A stretch of 64,000 bases of DNA. It comes from Candidatus Poseidoniaceae archaeon. Its GTDB lineage: Archaea; Thermoplasmatota; Poseidoniia; Poseidoniales; Poseidoniaceae. The notes beneath the pieces were generated by a model. It was not told where the DNA came from and did not search any database. It worked only from the letters and a program-made list of their open reading frames with translations. Shown piece by piece: positions 9,865-20,614 of the stretch. The stretch lies in the NCBI GenBank assembly GCA_045568435.1, contig JBJLBB010000006.1:141382-205381 (forward strand), written 5' to 3'. Position numbers and translations under genes: made by a program. Position 1 is the stretch's first letter; every line of letters begins with the position of its first letter.

Positions 9865-10896
9865 GTGGGCATGCCCAAACATTCTTTTGCCCCGGTTCTT
9901 GGCCAAATCGATCGGTTCGTTTTGGATTCTAAACTATTAAAAAATCGTCTTGGCGACCCCACTTCTAGAGAAATTATAGTTCATATTTCTCCAAAGGGTA
10001 TTGATTTAATTAGCAAGGGAAAAAAATTACCTACAATTATTTACTTAGCACCATTTACTTCTTCAGGCCCAGCCAGAGCAGGTTGGAAGGCTTTCTCTGA
10101 GAGCCTATTACAGCGCCATGAGCGTTTGGTTGAGTCGGGAGAAATGCTTCCATGTATCTTGGTAATGCCCGATACCTTCACCTCTCTAGGCGGGAATCAA
10201 TTTGTTGATTCTCCAGTTTTAGGCAACTGGAGTTCATGGCTATGCAATGACCTAAAAGAATGTATAAAGCAACGATATTCTTGTAACGATAAATTTGGCT
10301 TGGTCGGGAAATCTTCTGGAGGATATGGTGCTTTGTATAATGCTCTTACCAAGCCAGGCCATTGGGATGCTGTAGCCAGTCATTCAGGTGATGTAGGGTT
10401 TGAAACTATGTTCATGCCAACCTTTGCTGAAACCATTACCCATATTTCGCGTTACGGCACTCCTGCCAAATATGTCGATGCGGTAATTAACGCTGGAAAA
10501 ATGAGTTCTGATGATTTTCATACCTTGATGATTTGTGCGATGGCTGCCTCTTATGACCCTGGAGAATGTGATGATTCAAACCCTCTTGGAATACAACTTC
10601 CTGTAGACATGGATTACTGTGAAATCATCGAAGAGCGTTGGTCAAACTGGCTTAATTACGATACTCTACGGTTGATTGAATCTAATTCAAGTAATCTTGA
10701 TTCGTTAAAATTATTATTTATTGACTGCGGAAATCTAGACCAATACGGTATACAGTATGGAAGTCGTAAGTTGACTGCTCGGCTATCAGAGTTGGGAGTT
10801 GAGCACACGTGGCAAGAATTTGATGGTACGCATTCTGGTATTGATTATCGACTAGATATTAGTCTATCATTGCTATCTAAATCCCTCATGATTTGA
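9865..10896 (+). CDS. Alpha/beta-hydrolase esterase (enterochelin-esterase-like family)
   Basis: Nucleophile elbow GKSSGGYG, IDCG..D acid and C-terminal FDGTHS histidine. Confidence 0.85.
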   Translation: MGMPKHSFAPVLGQIDRFVLDSKLLKNRLGDPTSREIIVHISPKGIDLISKGKKLPTIIYLAPFTSSGPARAGWKAFSESLLQRHERLVESGEMLPCILVMPDTFTSLGGNQFVDSPVLGNWSSWLCNDLKECIKQRYSCNDKFGLVGKSSGGYGALYNALTKPGHWDAVASHSGDVGFETMFMPTFAETITHISRYGTPAKYVDAVINAGKMSSDDFHTLMICAMAASYDPGECDDSNPLGIQLPVDMDYCEIIEERWSNWLNYDTLRLIESNSSNLDSLKLLFIDCGNLDQYGIQYGSRKLTARLSELGVEHTWQEFDGTHSGIDYRLDISLSLLSKSLMI

Positions 10897-12056
10897 GCCG
10901 GTTTATTCATGAGTTGCCTTTGGATGGAATAGCCATGGCCAAGCCAATGGACTATGCAAGTGCTGGGGTCGACATCGACTTGGAAGGGTCTGCTGTCGCT
11001 TCTTTAATCGCTTCTTTAGGACGTTCTGTTCGACCTGCTGGGACACCTGGGGCGCCAGTTGACTTGCCTGGTGGATTTGGCGGGCTAATCGAATTTGGAG
11101 ATAGTCTTCTTGCACTAGCTACCGATGGCGTAGGAAGTAAACTTCAAATCGCTTCATTGCTAAATCAATGGGGTGGAGTTGGAATAGATTGTATGGCTAT
11201 GAATGTCAATGATTTGCTATGTGTTGGGGCAGAGCCAATCGCATTTGTCGATTATGTGGCTGTACCTAAACCAGACCCCGAAACCCATGCTGCTTTGGGT
11301 GCATCACTCGCTGAAGCATGCCGACTTGCTAGAGTTACTTTGGCGGGTGGGGAAACCGCATCATTACCGGGTATAGTTACAGAGTTAGACCTTTCAGGAA
11401 CTGCCTTAGGATACGTCAAAAAAGGTGAAGCGATAACAGGTGAAAATCTACAAGAGGGCGATGTATTAATCGGTTTACCATCCTCGGGAATTCATTCTAA
11501 TGGATACTCGTTAGTTCGAAGAATTATTGAGCATTCAGATTATGATTATACCAGCGAAGCCCCGTTTGATGCAAATAGTATTGGAAGAGACGTATTGCGT
11601 TTTACTGGAAGTGAAAATCAAAAAATAACATTAGGAGAGGTATTTCTAAACCCAACGCGTATCTACTGTGACCCTGTGGTTGATTTGATTCATCACGCTC
11701 AGAAAAATAATGATTTCTCGATCAGCGACCTTCGTGCAATATGTCATGTTACTGGTGGCGGTTTATCCAACCTATTACGCCTGCATGAAGATTTAGGCTG
11801 GCATATCAGCAACCCACTTCCAGTTCATCCAGAGTTTTCTTGGCTCCAAGAAATAGGAGGAGTTGAAACTCGTGAAATGTATCGAACTTTCAATATGGGC
11901 ATTGGCATCATTATTGCGGTTAGTGCCGATAAAGCAGAGACAATTTGTGGTTGGTTACAAGAAAAAATGACTGGTGTTGAAATTATTGGAAACGTATTAG
12001 AAAATGGCCATAAAGTGACACATGCCATTGAGGGCGTAGAATTCACTCATTACTGA
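10893..12056 (+). CDS. purM: Phosphoribosylformylglycinamidine cyclo-ligase (AIR synthetase)
   Basis: YASAGVDID, TDGVGSK, AMNVNDL, GGETA, SSGIHSNGYSL and TFNMGIG. The start is probably at MAKPMDY. Confidence 0.96.
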   Translation: MSRFIHELPLDGIAMAKPMDYASAGVDIDLEGSAVASLIASLGRSVRPAGTPGAPVDLPGGFGGLIEFGDSLLALATDGVGSKLQIASLLNQWGGVGIDCMAMNVNDLLCVGAEPIAFVDYVAVPKPDPETHAALGASLAEACRLARVTLAGGETASLPGIVTELDLSGTALGYVKKGEAITGENLQEGDVLIGLPSSGIHSNGYSLVRRIIEHSDYDYTSEAPFDANSIGRDVLRFTGSENQKITLGEVFLNPTRIYCDPVVDLIHHAQKNNDFSISDLRAICHVTGGGLSNLLRLHEDLGWHISNPLPVHPEFSWLQEIGGVETREMYRTFNMGIGIIIAVSADKAETICGWLQEKMTGVEIIGNVLENGHKVTHAIEGVEFTHY

Positions 12057-12084
12057 AATATTCATGAATATCTTTTATACAAAG

Positions 12085-12600
12085 TTAATCGTTAACCAGT
12101 TCTGAGTTGGTATTGAAATTAGAGAACTGTTTTGAAAGTTCAACTTCTTCTAAAGAAGGAAATTTAGCAAAGAGTCCATTGATAGTGGTAGCTTCATGAT
12201 TAATTAATTCTCTATTTGAGATTCTGGCCATCAGTGGTTGACGTTGTTTAGAACTGTCAACAGGCACTCCATTTTCCTGCTTTAACAACCAATCTGCGCC
12301 GGTTTCAAGAAGACTAAATGCATCACAAGGAATAATTTGAATATCGCCTTCGATTTTAGTTAAGCACCATTTGAGCAATTCAAGTGGACCTGTCACTTCA
12401 TCGGGGTCTGGCCATACCTCTCCTTCGAATAATTCAATGCGAGAACTCGCTCCACACAATGTAATGATTCGCTGAGCGCCAAGTTCTGAGTAAATTGTCA
12501 AAAGGCGATTTACTCCGCCTTTCATCATAGCTTTATCTCGGCCCATTCTAGTGCTTTTACCACCGGCAAGAAGAAGAATTGTGGTCATAATAATCATCAA
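12085..12600 (-). CDS. MobA-like NTP transferase
   Basis: LLAGGKSTRMGRDKA, GPL, PCD and C-terminal NFNT. Confidence 0.75.
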   Translation of the reverse strand: MMIIMTTILLLAGGKSTRMGRDKAMMKGGVNRLLTIYSELGAQRIITLCGASSRIELFEGEVWPDPDEVTGPLELLKWCLTKIEGDIQIIPCDAFSLLETGADWLLKQENGVPVDSSKQRQPLMARISNRELINHEATTINGLFAKFPSLEEVELSKQFSNFNTNSELVND

Positions 12601-12806
12601 TGTAATTCGTCGAGGCGGTTCATAGCTCCTTCCAATTCCAACAATAAACTTCTGACTCTCTCTAAAAGGGCTTTTCTTTCTCTTGAAGAGCGCGCTTCAG
12701 GCAACCATTCTAGAAGGCGGCGTACATCTTGAGCGTCCCGTTGAACTGTCCATTGTAAAACAGCCTCCATAACGGGGTCTTCGGTTGGTAAAAACCGCTC
12801 ACTCAT
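12597..12806 (-). CDS. Small helical hypothetical protein
   Basis: 69-aa ORF in the operon with an ATGA overlap into the next gene. Confidence 0.7.
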   Translation of the reverse strand: MSERFLPTEDPVMEAVLQWTVQRDAQDVRRLLEWLPEARSSRERKALLERVRSLLLELEGAMNRLDELH

Positions 12807-12831
12807 AGTAGTTCGAGTATGAGGCGGCGTT

Positions 12832-13455
12832 TCAATTATTTGATGTCAAAAGGCGCTTTCTAATCTTTTCAAACAATTCTCCACCACTTGGAGCAGTAGA
12901 TACTAAGTCTTTCAAATCTCCAACTTTTTTGTCTCTTATCGAGATAAATAACATTGCAATTTGATGCCAAAGTGTACTCTGTTCAGCCATTGCAATCAGC
13001 CATTCATCATCTGGAACTTTATTTTCTGAACGGTTCATCTCTTCTGCGATTTCAAGAATTGTTTCCAATGGTTCACTATCATTGAATAAGTGAATGAAGG
13101 TAATCCATGGGTCTTCTCCCAAATCTTCTAGCGATAGATTGGCAAGTAGTAAACCAACTAATTTCAAATCTTCTTTGCCATGTCTCTTCCATAGTTTAGA
13201 AATCAATTTTGCCAACTTTTTACGATTTACCACATTTGTAAGTAGCCAAGAAGTTAATGTGCGCATATCTGGGTCTGTGCTTCCATAGTGAAAGGCAAAT
13301 GCTCCTTGTTTAGCTAAAATATCAGTCTTAGGTTTGGTTATCATGCCAGGCGTACTTACTTTGTAAGCATTTAACAAAAATTTCATTGTTTTGCGCCTTG
13401 ATTTAAGGATTTTTGGCGGGGTATTTGCCAATAATTCATCTAACTGTAGATTCAT
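12832..13455 (-). CDS. Hypothetical all-alpha protein (possibly HEAT-repeat/AlkD-like)
   Basis: 207-aa ORF overlapping its upstream neighbour by ATGA. LWK..G.ED..L...LL loosely resembles helical repeats; the family call is weak. Confidence 0.6.
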   Translation of the reverse strand: MNLQLDELLANTPPKILKSRRKTMKFLLNAYKVSTPGMITKPKTDILAKQGAFAFHYGSTDPDMRTLTSWLLTNVVNRKKLAKLISKLWKRHGKEDLKLVGLLLANLSLEDLGEDPWITFIHLFNDSEPLETILEIAEEMNRSENKVPDDEWLIAMAEQSTLWHQIAMLFISIRDKKVGDLKDLVSTAPSGGELFEKIRKRLLTSNN

Positions 13456-13955
13456 TTCTTAGCACCGTCAGTTGATTTCTTACGAACAACATCAAACAAG
13501 TCGCCAACTAAACTAACCGAATCTCTAAGAGTTCCAAGCATCTTATCGATAACATTGGGGTCTTCGAATTTCTCTTTGACGATTTCACGAAGTTCTGCTT
13601 CAATGTTCTCATGCTCCTCATCATCGATTTGAAAAATATCTCTTAAGTGCGCTAACACTCTAAACTCATCTCTTGAAAGTGATGCATTAACAATTGCTAT
13701 CTCGAAGACTTTTGTATAGATGTTTTTGGCACCTGCCAATGTTATTGGCTCTCCGCCTTTGATTGCCTTGCCAGTCCTGATTGCTTCATAGATCTTTGAA
13801 GGTTCGTCTTCTTCAAGGTTTAGTGCGCTAGCCAATTTGATTACCAGTCGCTTTTCTTCTCTTGTCAAGACGCCGTCGACCAGCATAACTTCTATGGTAC
13901 TTTGGAAAACCTCCAAACTATGACACAGAACCTCGGACACAATACGCCGATGCAC
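13452..13955 (-). CDS. TerB-like domain protein
   Basis: Two TerB half-repeats: MLVDGVLTREEKRLVIKLASALNL and AIVNASLSRDEFRVLAHLRDIFQI. Confidence 0.7.
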   Translation of the reverse strand: MHRRIVSEVLCHSLEVFQSTIEVMLVDGVLTREEKRLVIKLASALNLEEDEPSKIYEAIRTGKAIKGGEPITLAGAKNIYTKVFEIAIVNASLSRDEFRVLAHLRDIFQIDDEEHENIEAELREIVKEKFEDPNVIDKMLGTLRDSVSLVGDLFDVVRKKSTDGAKK

Positions 13956-14156
13956 TTACTGTTCTTGAATTAGTTGCTCTTAAAAAATAGGGTTTTTTGC
14001 GTTTTTATGATAAGAGCATTCAATAAGTATTGGCTTATCCCGTATATTGTTCACATCCTGTTCACGCCCATGATTCGTCATGTGGCTCCAGATTGATAGA
14101 GGAGTTATCTCCCTATTATTTGGCTCAGAGATGTGGATACTAAAGGAGGAATTCAA

Positions 14157-15398
14157 ATGGGAAAGAAACCACATAATCGCGGAGGGCACGGCCCAAAGCA
14201 GAGCAAGGCGATGAAATACCAAATTCGCGCTGATATTAAGGTAAACGGAACGGTTCAACGTAAGGACATTATTGGAGCAATAATGGGCCAAACAGAGGGC
14301 CTTCTTGGAGATGAATTAGAATTAAGAAAACTACAGAGAACCGCAAGAATCGGACACGTTGACGTAGAAATGGAGTCTAAGGGTGGCAAAGTTCACGGTA
14401 TGATTTTAATTCCAAGCAGTCTCGATAATGTTGAAACTGCAATCATTGCATCTTCACTGGAAACAATCGATAGAATCGGCCCTTGTACGGCTAAAATATC
14501 AGTGGTAGAAATACTTGATATCCGTGCAACAAAGAGAACTACTGTCGTTGACAGAGCCAAGGAACTATTATTGAAAATGGTTAACTCTGGAGAAGCTGCA
14601 TCAAAGACTGTAATTGAAGAAGTTCGTTCGGTATTAACAGTAGGAACTGCCACGTCTTTCCATGGATTGACATGTGGACCAAATGTCGAGTCTTCATCAT
14701 CTTTGATAGTTGTTGAAGGAAGAAATGATGTTCGAAATTTATTGAATTGTGGTGTTAAAAATTCGATCAGTGCAGATGGCGCCGGAGAGATAAAGCAAGA
14801 ACTAATCGACCTAGCAAATGGAAAAGAAACTGTCATACTAGCAATAGATGGTGACAGAGGCGGAGAGATGTTATTTAGCCAATTGATGGAAATGATGAAA
14901 GTTGACTTCGTAGCACAAGCACCAGTCGGTCAAGAATGGGAACTATTACCTCAAAAGACTGTTACAAAGTGCCTTTCGATGAAGGTTGATGCGACCAAGT
15001 TTGGACATCAAATCAGTAAGAAACAAGAGGCTGATGACAAAAAAGCGGGCGTTGAAGACAAAAACTGGGCAGAAGATATGGAAGAAACATTTGTCCAGAA
15101 AGAAGCTCCTGCTGAAGTTCATGAATTCTTTGACCACCTCGATGCTCTAGAACCTAAGAAGGCTCTATTTGTAATGGTTGATGGAACTATTTCAGACCCT
15201 GTTGGGCCTTCAAAGTTGGCAAAGGCAGCTGAGGAAGCTGACGGAGCAATTGCGATTGTTTTCAATGGACCTGTGAGTGAAAGAACACTTGAGATTGCAT
15301 CGACTGCAGCAATTGAAACCGTTGTTGGCACCAAAGCTGGTAAAGGTTATCAAGAGCGTGCAGATGTTAAGTCGTGGTTAGTTGATACACACCGTTGA
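14157..15398 (+). CDS. dnaG: Archaeal DnaG (TOPRIM; primase-like, exosome-associated)
   Basis: DIIGAIMGQTEGLLG.ELELRKLQ, LETIDRIGPC, IVVEGRNDV and DGDRGG. A GGAGG at 14145-14149 supports the ATG at 14157 rather than GTG 14133. Confidence 0.95.
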   Translation: MGKKPHNRGGHGPKQSKAMKYQIRADIKVNGTVQRKDIIGAIMGQTEGLLGDELELRKLQRTARIGHVDVEMESKGGKVHGMILIPSSLDNVETAIIASSLETIDRIGPCTAKISVVEILDIRATKRTTVVDRAKELLLKMVNSGEAASKTVIEEVRSVLTVGTATSFHGLTCGPNVESSSSLIVVEGRNDVRNLLNCGVKNSISADGAGEIKQELIDLANGKETVILAIDGDRGGEMLFSQLMEMMKVDFVAQAPVGQEWELLPQKTVTKCLSMKVDATKFGHQISKKQEADDKKAGVEDKNWAEDMEETFVQKEAPAEVHEFFDHLDALEPKKALFVMVDGTISDPVGPSKLAKAAEEADGAIAIVFNGPVSERTLEIASTAAIETVVGTKAGKGYQERADVKSWLVDTHR

Positions 15399-15404
15399 TT
15401 TGGA

Positions 15405-16310
15405 TTAATTCAAATCAAATTCGGAAGTTGCTAACTTTTTAGCGGCCTTAGTGCTGTTTAGACAAGCCAAATAATCGCCGTTAGGGATAGAGCTGTTGCT
15501 GTCTGTCATCACATTACCATTCAAATCTATTATCTGGTATCCTGCATTGAAGATTATTTCAAAAACTTCATTTGATGTTCGATTGATTGAATGTAATATT
15601 GTATCTTGAAGTTCGAATAAAATATATTCTATCTTCTTGTTTTCTAATAGATTCTTGGCCCCGCTTAGGACATCTGATTCAAACCCTTCCACGTCTATCT
15701 TCATGAAATTGATTCGGTCGATTTTCAATTCCTTCGATATATCATCAATCGTTCGTACATTAACTTCGACCTTACCGATAGTTGGGCTATTATCTACATC
15801 ACCGAGAGAATGGTGGCCATGAAATCCTTTGATGTATAATTGCATCTTTGATTGTTTTTTACCTAATGCCAAATTATGCAAGGTGATATTGGTTATATTG
15901 CGTAATTCTTGTTGAGACTTTATTGTATCCAGGTTGTCTGGATGGGGTTCAAATGCGTGTACATGTTTGCATCTTTGCGCAAACCAATTTGCAACAATTC
16001 CCATATTGGCTCCTACGTCAAATACAATATCATCTTGTGAAATTAAGGGTTCAATTCGGTCTAGCCAAGGTACAGCGTCACATACTTTGCCGCTATCAAG
16101 AGCCCAATTCATGCGCTCCCCATAATTTAGAGGCCGCATCAAACCTCTGTCTTTATCATGCACAAAAAGTTCTAAATCGCTATTTGCAATTTTGCGATCT
16201 AATAATGGATATAGTATGAAACGATTAAAAATACGCCCGGGAGTGTTTAGACCATACAAAAAAGCACGGACTGGAAAACTATGATTCTTCTTTGATTTTG
16301 AAATAGCCAA
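15405..16310 (-). CDS. FkbM-family SAM-dependent methyltransferase
   Basis: FDVGANMG, HAFEP and MKIDVEGFE. Confidence 0.9.
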   Translation of the reverse strand: MAISKSKKNHSFPVRAFLYGLNTPGRIFNRFILYPLLDRKIANSDLELFVHDKDRGLMRPLNYGERMNWALDSGKVCDAVPWLDRIEPLISQDDIVFDVGANMGIVANWFAQRCKHVHAFEPHPDNLDTIKSQQELRNITNITLHNLALGKKQSKMQLYIKGFHGHHSLGDVDNSPTIGKVEVNVRTIDDISKELKIDRINFMKIDVEGFESDVLSGAKNLLENKKIEYILFELQDTILHSINRTSNEVFEIIFNAGYQIIDLNGNVMTDSNSSIPNGDYLACLNSTKAAKKLATSEFDLN

Positions 16311-16429
16311 TCCCCCTTAGAGAGTGGTATAGGCTACTTGTTTATGAGTTCCGTCCTAATGAATTTAAATTCAAATAAGCCATTCTCACATTCGGGCATA
16401 TTAAGAATCTCCTTCATTGTGCCTAGTTT

Positions 16430-17716
16430 ATGAGCGAAGAGGATTCTTCGAGTTGGCCTGACGATGAAGACCCGTTTTCCACTATAGAGGAAAAGGTCGA
16501 AGAAGAGGAAGAAGTACAGGAATCGATAGAAACTAAAGAAGTCGATGAAGTGGCTGAAGCAGAAGAATCTGAACCGGAAGAAGCCATGGAAAATGTACCT
16601 TGGAGCCTACCTATTCGGTCCGCTCCTATTATGGCTCAAACAGGAGATATTGTACAAGAATTTCCATTGAATGAAAGTCCAGATGGGCTTAGTTCAACTT
16701 CGATTGTAGTAAATGAAAATCTAATCAGAATTGTAGAAGCCAACTATGGAGAAGATGGACAAAGAAGACTGAATGTTAAAACTGTTATGAAACAGGAATT
16801 GACTGGTTTTTCTCACACCCATAATGAACTAATGCATAAGCACCAATGGCTATGGATTGTCGCATTTTTTGTTGGCCTCGGCTTTAGTTTCATAACACAA
16901 CTCTCTTTGTTTGGACAATTATTACTTGGAATTGGATTAATCGGCTGGATTTATATGCACCTCGAGGTGCATAATCTAGAATTTTCTACTCATGGTTCAA
17001 AGCACAAAGTTACCTTCACCGGGTATGGTTCAAACCGTGCTATGTTCCGTGCTAGTATGGCTTTAATCGGTCCAACGATGGCAAAATATATCGAAACCGG
17101 AGAATTAGATACGAAATCGATTGATGATTTACATGAATCATTAGCTAAGCCACCAGAAGTTATTCCACCAATGCCACAAATGGCGCCTATACAACCTGTA
17201 GTAATGGCTCCAACAATGACTACTGAGGCCCCAATGGCCATGGAAAATATTCCTGCGCCGCCTGAAGTGAACCAATTACCACCACCTGCTCCACCTGAAA
17301 CCAATCAGTTACCGCCACCTGCGCCACCTGAAGCGAACCAATTACCACCGCCTGCTCCACCTGAACCTGTTCAGCAAAGTGGCCCACCAGCATCCAATAC
17401 CATGGCCCCACCTGCTCCACCACAGCCTAACCAATTACCACCGCCGCCTGCTCCGGCTGAAACCAATCAATTACCGCCACCTCCTTTGTCGCCGATGAAT
17501 AATGCACTACCTCCTGCAACCCTTCCACCTCCATTGCCGCCACCAGGAACGGCTTTACCCCCTCCGATAGGTTTGGGTTTAGCACCGATAGATGCTGGTG
17601 AAGTTCCTCTAGATGCGCCTCTTCCTGATGCGCCACAAATTTCAGTCAAAGCTTCGCCTGTTGAAGAATCGTTATCACCAGATGAGCAGAATGAATTGCT
17701 TGAAGAACTCAAGTGA
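16430..17716 (+). CDS. Membrane protein with acidic N-terminus, two TM helices and a Pro-rich repeat tail
   Basis: Hydrophobic hairpin at about aa 140-177 and NQLPPPAPPE repeats. Confidence 0.8.
   Translation: MSEEDSSSWPDDEDPFSTIEEKVEEEEEVQESIETKEVDEVAEAEESEPEEAMENVPWSLPIRSAPIMAQTGDIVQEFPLNESPDGLSSTSIVVNENLIRIVEANYGEDGQRRLNVKTVMKQELTGFSHTHNELMHKHQWLWIVAFFVGLGFSFITQLSLFGQLLLGIGLIGWIYMHLEVHNLEFSTHGSKHKVTFTGYGSNRAMFRASMALIGPTMAKYIETGELDTKSIDDLHESLAKPPEVIPPMPQMAPIQPVVMAPTMTTEAPMAMENIPAPPEVNQLPPPAPPETNQLPPPAPPEANQLPPPAPPEPVQQSGPPASNTMAPPAPPQPNQLPPPPAPAETNQLPPPPLSPMNNALPPATLPPPLPPPGTALPPPIGLGLAPIDAGEVPLDAPLPDAPQISVKASPVEESLSPDEQNELLEELK
17252..17484 (+). repeat. Coding 33-bp tandem repeat (PPPAPPExNQL; 3 near-perfect plus 2 degenerate copies)
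   Basis: Recurring cctgaa...aaccaattaccaccacctgc.cca units. Confidence 0.85.
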
Positions 17717-17717
17717 G

Positions 17718-20441
17718 TTATACCGCTTCAACTATAATTCCGCTGGCCGATGGTAAATTCATACTTTTGACCAATTTCTCAACTTCCTTTGATAGTTCGG
17801 CTAAATCTTGGGAGTTTGGCAGATCTTTGTCATCTTTACTCAATGGCAAAGCGAACCCAGGGCCTGGAATCCGATTCAAGGCATTTCCAAGATTCTTGGT
17901 ATCTTGTAAGAAATCACCTTTGGAACCTGAGTGACGGGCTTCCAACCGTGACTTCATCCATTTGTTATATTTTGGAATGGCGGATTCTATTTTGTTGACC
18001 AGTTTACTTCTAATCGCATCGTTTTCATCGCCAGTAGGCAATAATCTGAGTATTATTCTTAGCATTCTATCTACTCTCATATCCCTAGGTTCAACACCGA
18101 CATGAGTGGCTATCGATTTGCGAATTAATTTTACAGAATCAACTCCTGGCTCTTCTAAACTTTGAGCGGTTTCTTTCAATCCCAAAGTCCTTAGAAGGCT
18201 TTGATAAGTTTGAATAGAAATCTTTTCTGAATCAATTGAAGTTGAAATGACTGTATGCTTTTGAACTATTGTCTCTGGATGAATTTCTTCTTCCACCACT
18301 TCTTCCACCGCTTCTTCCACCACTTCTTCTTCCTCAATTATATTTGATTTCAGTTCGCTCCTTTCTATTTTTATTTGAATCGGTTCTTCTTCGATTACAG
18401 GGTCTTCGTGAAGGTTTTCCTCTTCCATAGCATCAAGCATGGCCTCATGGGCCTCTTCCAATGTTGAAGAGGGGGCCTTCACATGTTCTGGAATAGGCAG
18501 TAGGGTTTTCCTTACTGGCTCCGGTTTCCACGCTTGGAATTCAAAATCTTCATCCTCTACTTCTCTAACTGAGAGAAGCCTCATGAATGATGGAATATTT
18601 TCTGCTAATTCTGCTAATTTAAGTGGGTCTTGGAGTTTCTCTTGAACCTGAATCGCTAAGTTGATATCTCTATTCCAAGGTAAAGTAGTCAATCTTCTCC
18701 TAAGTGATTCATGATTTAAAATTAATTTTCTAACACTACCCAGAGTCTTAGCAAGTTCGATTGGGCTTGATTCAAGTTGCGCCGAGAGGTGCCCAGTATA
18801 CCATCCCGCTGCATTATATTGTGATAGTTCGTCGACTAATTTTCGCTCCAATCTCTCATTTATCGCTGAAGTTACTACGGAGTTTCCTGTGGCAGTAATA
18901 TTGTTGCTAATGCCATACTTTCTCGACTGGGCTACGTATTCCTCGAACTCTAAGAGGGTGAAACTTGAGGATGGTGTTTCTTCAGAGGCTTTGCCTTGCT
19001 TGATTAGGTCTAACAACTCTGATTCAAGCATTCTTCGATGTCTAGTCCTACGTTTAGTGAAGTTTTGTATCATCGATTTTGTATCTTCAATAATATCGCT
19101 TCCCGCTTCTATCTCTTTGAGCAGTGAAATACGCTTATTGACCGAATCGGAGCCTTCAAATGAAATATCTAAATCCAATAAGTCCGATATACAGTCAACT
19201 CTCTGTTGCCACAATGGCTGCGCGTTGGATATCATGGAAAGAGCATTCTTTGGGTCCCCTTCTATCATCGAATGATAAGTATCTAATAGCAACCCATGAT
19301 TTTCATACTTGTCAAGAAGAGCGAAGCACTCCAATTCAATTCGCCTCCATTCTTGTTGTAAATCTTCTACAACATCAATTAGATTTTCTGTATGCTCCAA
19401 ATAGCCAACATAAGAATCGCCGATGCTGGTGGATTCGGACCATATAGTTGTGATTCTTTGAAATCTTTCAAGCCATTCTAAATGGTGATTTACGCGCTGT
19501 TCAATCTCAGGAATATTGGTTTCCCATTCCATTAACTCTTCAGGTTTAATCGCGTCATCATGTGGGAAAATTATACCCTTTGAGCGCCAATTAAAAATTA
19601 CATCATTTACAGATGAAAGGCGTTTGTATAAATCATCACTAATGGCCATTATTTTAGATTTGAAATCCATTAAATCAATTTCGTTTCCTTCGGCAATTAG
19701 GTCGATTCTTTGGTTCTCAAAGTCATTAGCGATTGCATCGTCAAAAGAGGATAGTTGGTCGATAATTAACAAACGGATAATTTCGTGCTCTGTATGCAGC
19801 CTCTGCTTTTCTGATATCTGCTCCAATGCCTGAACCATCGGCATTTCAAGAATATAATCAACATCATAATCCTGTTCTCTAAGAGATTCAACGGCATTAA
19901 AAATAGTTCTTTTTTGTCTAGCTTCATTTAGTTCAATACGGGCTATTTCTTCATCGAGTCTCGAAGACATCTCAGGTGACTTGAACATCGGCAATAGCAC
20001 TGAAATTTGAGGGTGAGAGGTGGGGTCTAAGGAATCGCAGCGGGCTAAGAAAAGAAGGATTTCTTCTCCTTTTCTAACAGCATTCCACTCATTCTTTACC
20101 TGCTGAAAAACGAGTTCCCATGGACGGTTATCTGTTGCCCATTCCTCATATTCTTGCTTTACTAATTCGCCATTCATTGGGTCGCGTAATTCTGATAACC
20201 ATTGGTCGAATAAGTCACTATATGACGGATTATTTTCAACCCATGAAAAATCTAACCTAGATTTCAGATCTGCTGATAGATTAACCAAATATTCTACTCT
20301 CAGCAAGGCTTCTGAGGCTAAATCTGAATTATCTCTCAAATAGTCCTCAATACTGGACACATCCCAGCCAAAATCGGCCCAAGAATCTATTTGATTGTCA
20401 AACCAAGAATCCGATTGTTCGGCTTCATCTTGACTTGCCAT
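17718..20441 (-). CDS. Large acidic helical hypothetical protein (907 aa) with a dispersed W/Y-xxx-G-W/Y repeat motif
   Basis: Long ORF with GAGGT upstream and no catalytic motif recognised. Confidence 0.8.
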   Translation of the reverse strand: MASQDEAEQSDSWFDNQIDSWADFGWDVSSIEDYLRDNSDLASEALLRVEYLVNLSADLKSRLDFSWVENNPSYSDLFDQWLSELRDPMNGELVKQEYEEWATDNRPWELVFQQVKNEWNAVRKGEEILLFLARCDSLDPTSHPQISVLLPMFKSPEMSSRLDEEIARIELNEARQKRTIFNAVESLREQDYDVDYILEMPMVQALEQISEKQRLHTEHEIIRLLIIDQLSSFDDAIANDFENQRIDLIAEGNEIDLMDFKSKIMAISDDLYKRLSSVNDVIFNWRSKGIIFPHDDAIKPEELMEWETNIPEIEQRVNHHLEWLERFQRITTIWSESTSIGDSYVGYLEHTENLIDVVEDLQQEWRRIELECFALLDKYENHGLLLDTYHSMIEGDPKNALSMISNAQPLWQQRVDCISDLLDLDISFEGSDSVNKRISLLKEIEAGSDIIEDTKSMIQNFTKRRTRHRRMLESELLDLIKQGKASEETPSSSFTLLEFEEYVAQSRKYGISNNITATGNSVVTSAINERLERKLVDELSQYNAAGWYTGHLSAQLESSPIELAKTLGSVRKLILNHESLRRRLTTLPWNRDINLAIQVQEKLQDPLKLAELAENIPSFMRLLSVREVEDEDFEFQAWKPEPVRKTLLPIPEHVKAPSSTLEEAHEAMLDAMEEENLHEDPVIEEEPIQIKIERSELKSNIIEEEEVVEEAVEEVVEEEIHPETIVQKHTVISTSIDSEKISIQTYQSLLRTLGLKETAQSLEEPGVDSVKLIRKSIATHVGVEPRDMRVDRMLRIILRLLPTGDENDAIRSKLVNKIESAIPKYNKWMKSRLEARHSGSKGDFLQDTKNLGNALNRIPGPGFALPLSKDDKDLPNSQDLAELSKEVEKLVKSMNLPSASGIIVEAV

Positions 20442-20614
20442 AAGGTGACCTCGACACTGATGAGTGCTGAAAGTCTTTGAATGTGAGCAAAGAACTGGCC
20501 AAAATGAGGGGATTTTTTGATTTATTTTGCTTATCGGACAAAATCGAAAGGTCGGGAAATCGCCTTCTTATCACTCAGTTTAGCCGATGAGCATAAAGGG
20601 GCAAAGAAAACTCG

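Noticed and set aside
12085-12600. Evidence for a molybdenum cofactor pathway
   Set aside because: It is a lone, short MobA-like protein with no other Moco genes in the window, so the substrate cannot be assigned.
13980-14291. 103-aa minus-strand ORF
   Set aside because: It overlaps the dnaG start and promoter on the opposite strand and has no recognisable features.
17252-17484. 33-bp repeats as a CRISPR array
   Set aside because: The units are contiguous and in frame with synonymous variation; they encode a Pro-rich tail.
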